Of a stretch of 64,000 bases of DNA, positions 60,268 to 64,000 are shown one piece after another. This DNA is from Klebsormidium nitens (lineage: Eukaryota; Plantae; Klebsormidiophyceae): the NCBI GenBank assembly GCA_000708835.1, contig DF237289.1, forward strand, positions 35,816 to 99,815. The letters are read 5' to 3'. Within the stretch, counting starts at the first letter, position 1, and each line of letters opens with the position of its first letter. The notes beneath the pieces are model-generated. The model saw only the letters and a program-made list of their open reading frames with translations, made no database searches and was not told the origin of the DNA. The position numbers and the translations under genes are program-made.

Positions 60268-63017
60268 ATGGCGCTCTGCGCTGCCACTGCGCAGGACGGT
60301 TCCTCTGCAGCCGAGGCAGATGTGGCAGCGCAGCAGGTGATGGCGGGTGGCCGATGGCCCTTGCTTGCGGTAAGTTGGCATTTTGTTCAAAACTTTGCTG
60401 CTTTGGGCATAGGGTCTCTTCTAGGCTCATTGAAGTGATGTCGACTGGAGAGCAGCAAGCAAAGTTGATTACCGTCTTAGTTCTTTCTGCAAGCAGCTTG
60501 ATGTCCCTGTTCTTGTTCACATCGGTTTCAGGAGGTACTGTTTAAGCCGCATGATGCATCACTGAAGCTGTGGCTTGTTCAACCTGAACAAGCCACAGAG
60601 TAAAGCAGAGATATACAAGCAGAAGACCTCTGTTGGTATTGATGATTCACATGTGAGATAATGAGGACATAAGCTGAACAAAGTCTGCTCGGTTGACCAC
60701 AGATGCTGGGCCAGGTGTTCCGCATGCTGGCCCTCCTGATGACGTTGCTAGCGGGCTGCGTCATCGTCATCATTGAGGCCCTCAGCTCCCTACAGGTACC
60801 TATGCTAGCATGCCTCTCCTTTCAACGTCCTTGGCCTTTCTTCAGCAGAAGTTTCGAAGATGCTGCTGGTTTTGTACCTTGTGAATTCTTGTGACACCAA
60901 GCACGTTGGCAAATTGGGAAAGCCTGGCGTTCTACCAGATCTGTGATAAGATACCTTGTTCTGAACCTCTCTGTACTATCCATCTGGCAGAGCTCCAGCC
61001 AGGAGCCTGTGGTGGAGGCTGCGTCACCCGAGACTGCTGACGAGGACACGGCGCCACCCGCAGGTCAGCCTTTATTGCCTCTCACCTACATAGGCAATTT
61101 CTGTTGGCTTAATCATTCCCTGACTTTGGAAGTTTGAAGGACCTTGGACCCTGTCTCTTCTGCCACATTGATGGTCAAGTTCTGCTAGAAGCTAGCGGCC
61201 AGAGAGAGAGAGTGAATGGACATGAAAACGACAATTGCTAGCTTCTCACCGACCTGAAGTCGCAGTGAAAGCTTATATGCATTTCCTGCAGCCGTCTCTG
61301 AGGCTGCGCACAGCGAGGCGGGCCCCATCACCTGGCACACGAATGCCATTGCATCCGAGGTGATGTGGGACCTGAACCCGCTGGCGGTCGACATGGACGC
61401 GGCGACCTTCTTCGACCTGGGCTACGGGGACCTCACTGATCTCGAGGTGAGGAAACGGAATAACTGATCTGAAGATGAAGTGATCTTTGAATCTGAAGCT
61501 TTTGCATAGGAGGAAATTTTTTGACTTTGCCTTGCTGAACATGCTCCCCTCCTCTTGTAGTTCAAAAGTCTGGGTCGAGAGTAAAAGTGCTCTGTTCGAA
61601 AGACCAAGAGTGACAGTGTGGAAAAACTCTTTGATTCAATCAATACGCAACGTTTTCGAAAGGAAAAGTCATTTGCTGTTCTCATGCCTGCCTGATCGGT
61701 ATCCTGAACCACAGTCGTTGTTTCCTACAGATGATGACATCTTTCTCAGAGTGTCCCCCTTCTCCCGAGGCCAGGTCGAGCCCGAGGTCCTCACTGACCA
61801 TCAGCATCCCCGAGCGGTCGGAGAGCTCCGAGGTGAGTCGTGAAAAGCAATCACCTCGAAACGTGAATGCTCTTCCTAGACAGCCCCTGACTGTTCTGAC
61901 TGCACCAGACTGTCTGATGCTGCGTTTTGCAGTCGGGGATCCTGCGAACTCCATTTGAGAGAAAGAGGTGATTTGCTATAAGTATACACGCATGTAATGT
62001 CAAGCTTCGTTTCCACAGACCTTTCAGATTATCCGTACTTATAATCTTTGCTTCCTTTCCCCCAGGTAATCAACGAGCAAATCATTTACCTGGAGCTCCC
62101 GCCGCGCGCCCCGACCCCCCTCGTCCCGCTGACCCCCTCCCAGGTCAACGTGCGCGCGGTTTCCTCGCCCCGTCCCCTTCAGGACAACCCTCTTACGAAG
62201 GGTGAGGAGCCGCGCAGCGATCGGGTGCAGGACGAGACTCCGAGGGAGATTGCCCCCCAGAGGTACGAACTGCTTTCTCTCTGCCGGTTTCACTGTGATA
62301 TCAGTTTCTCAAGAAAGCATGAAGATACTTGTATTGTTAGTTGAAGTATTCCTTTTTTCGGGAGCAGCAGGCAATGACACCAAAGAACTCTCATTTCCTG
62401 ACCCATTTTGCAAACGGAATTGTTCCGAGATGACGAAATAACACTCGCTAGATGTCTGAGGACCTCTCTTTCATCCCTCAGGGGCTCTCGAAAGCCGTCA
62501 AAGCGTCTCGCGGGGGGCAGGTCGAAGCGTCCGGCCGGGCGGACACCAGCGGGGATCGCCTTTACTCCCGCGCCGGACGCGACGACCTTCCTGAGCATGC
62601 CGGCCGCAGGAACGAGGAACCGGAGACGGTGAGGCAATTAGACCTGTTCTGAGCAGTCTCAAGCAAGAGCGAGTTTGAATGATTTTCTGAGGCGTTCTGC
62701 ACAGTTAGCAAAAAACTCTTTGCAGGTCAAGTTCCACAGATTTCTTCATGTTTTCTGACTTGTTTCTGGCATCTATATTCTCACGCGGTTTCGCGTTTTC
62801 CAGGATCTCCGCCGCGGCCGCCTCGCCTCGGCCGTTCAGAGGGCAGAGGCTGCGGCTGATCCCGACCGGTGCGCGCGCCGCCCCCGCAGTCCCGTCCACG
62901 AAGGCATTCGATGCGGGGAGCGGCCGCGACAGCAGTACGACGCGCGCAGCCCGAGTGCTCGCAAGGCAGGCAGCGGCTGCCGAGCGGCACATTTCATTGC
63001 AGCAAAGACGTAGATGA
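60268..63017 (+). CDS. X3: third, inverted paralogue of orphan family X (~349 aa); exons 60268-60336, 60703-60795, 60991-61063, 61292-61446, 61731-61832, 62066-62262, 62482-62628, 62804-63017
   Basis: All junctions are GT-AG and phase-compatible. It has a TM segment (LALLMTLLAGCVIVIIEAL), the core GPITWHTNAIASEVMWDLNPLAVDMDAATFFDLGYGDL and the tail RAARVLARQAAAAERH. Confidence 0.78.
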
Positions 63018-64000
63018 GCCCAGGCCTCTTAGAAATTGATTCTTTGGCATATTGCCCCTTCTGGTAGGAACTGACGACAGCTGACACGATGATGGCTGGC
63101 CGGTGGGCCTGAATTGCTGAGTTGATCACCGTAGTAACAGTTATGACCCGCGATTAGGACAGAGGCCTGGGCTCAGTGCATAATTCTTTCATTTTTACAC
63201 TGAACATACTTATTCTTTTGGAAAATTGCTTGCTGCGCGCATCTAACCAACAATTGACTTTTCTCATCCGCTCTCAATCTGACAAGACAAGCAATGATGC
63301 AAAGGATCGATATACCAAGAAAGTCTACTGCGTGCTGATGCATGCTTGCGCCTGATGCACAGTGCGAAACGCATGCATGCTCTAGCGGCGCCGAGCGCAG
63401 CCAGCCAAATTCTGAGAAAGCCGAGGCGAGCAGGCAGACACGTGCGTGTGAACGTCCGTGCAAACGTCCTCACGTTTATATATCAGTCAGGGTTCATGCA
63501 CGCCCATGTTTATCTACATTTGACAGACCGCATGGAACGCGTAAAGCTACGCGTATCGGCAGTTAGTGGAAGAACCCACCGCACTTTTTTCTAATGATCC
63601 CAAGGTATGGTACGCCAGAATTTGTACGTTTGAGACTTGTTCGAACGTGCCTAGGTGAACCGCATTAATTGGCCTAATCGATTCCATATCGAACACGCAT
63701 GCAGCACAGCACTCTGCATGTTGTCCCGGCCTACAAGCCCACATTTTGCGCAGCACTAAAACTTGTCCCTTGCTGTTGATCGTTTATTTGACAGTCGATA
63801 GATCGTGCGCGCGCGTTTATCGTTTGGTTCAAAGTTTTAAATTCTCGAAATATGTACGTACCAATTCCGTGTACCAGACCACCTATGAAACGGTCCTGCC
63901 ACTAACGACATGGGGGGCCCGTTCACAACGAAACTGATGGAAAGTCTATAAGTGACGTCATAATTATAGAAGCATGCATGTATACCAAGTATATGCGATA

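Noticed and set aside
1-64000. CRISPR arrays, rRNA or prokaryotic operons
   Set aside because: No regularly spaced repeat-spacer arrays or rRNA signatures; the genes are spliceosomal-intron eukaryotic genes.

Overview
Intron-rich eukaryotic nuclear DNA from a photosynthetic lineage. GC-rich exons, plastid-type transit peptides and SRO-, PGR- and OEX-like genes fit a streptophyte alga such as Klebsormidium (inference). Splicing exons by hand gives these genes: an unknown, probably plastid-targeted membrane protein (-); an SDR (-); a decayed PGR/TMEM19 (DUF92) 3' fragment (+); a phytol/farnesol kinase with lesions in exon 2 (-); a ~1,570-aa WD40 + coiled-coil protein (+); three paralogues of an orphan single-TM family (X1 pseudogene, X2, X3); a 364-aa two-TM protein resembling the proton-activated channel PAC/TMEM206 (-); a DnaJ-ferredoxin (-); a secreted non-catalytic multi-CBM protein (-); an SRO-like PARP-domain protein (+); and an organellar 5'-3' exonuclease (-). 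Positions ~26.0-39.7 kb are an old tandem duplication with breakpoints in the last intron of the WD40 gene and the last exon of the DnaJ-Fd gene. The strongest novelty candidates are the algal PAC/TMEM206-like channel with an acidic pore helix, a circularly permuted F5/8C domain inserted inside a CBM6, an orphan duplicated terminal exon that is unusually well conserved, and an SRO-like domain retaining H-Y catalytic residues. All homology calls come from recalled family motifs; no database searches were run.
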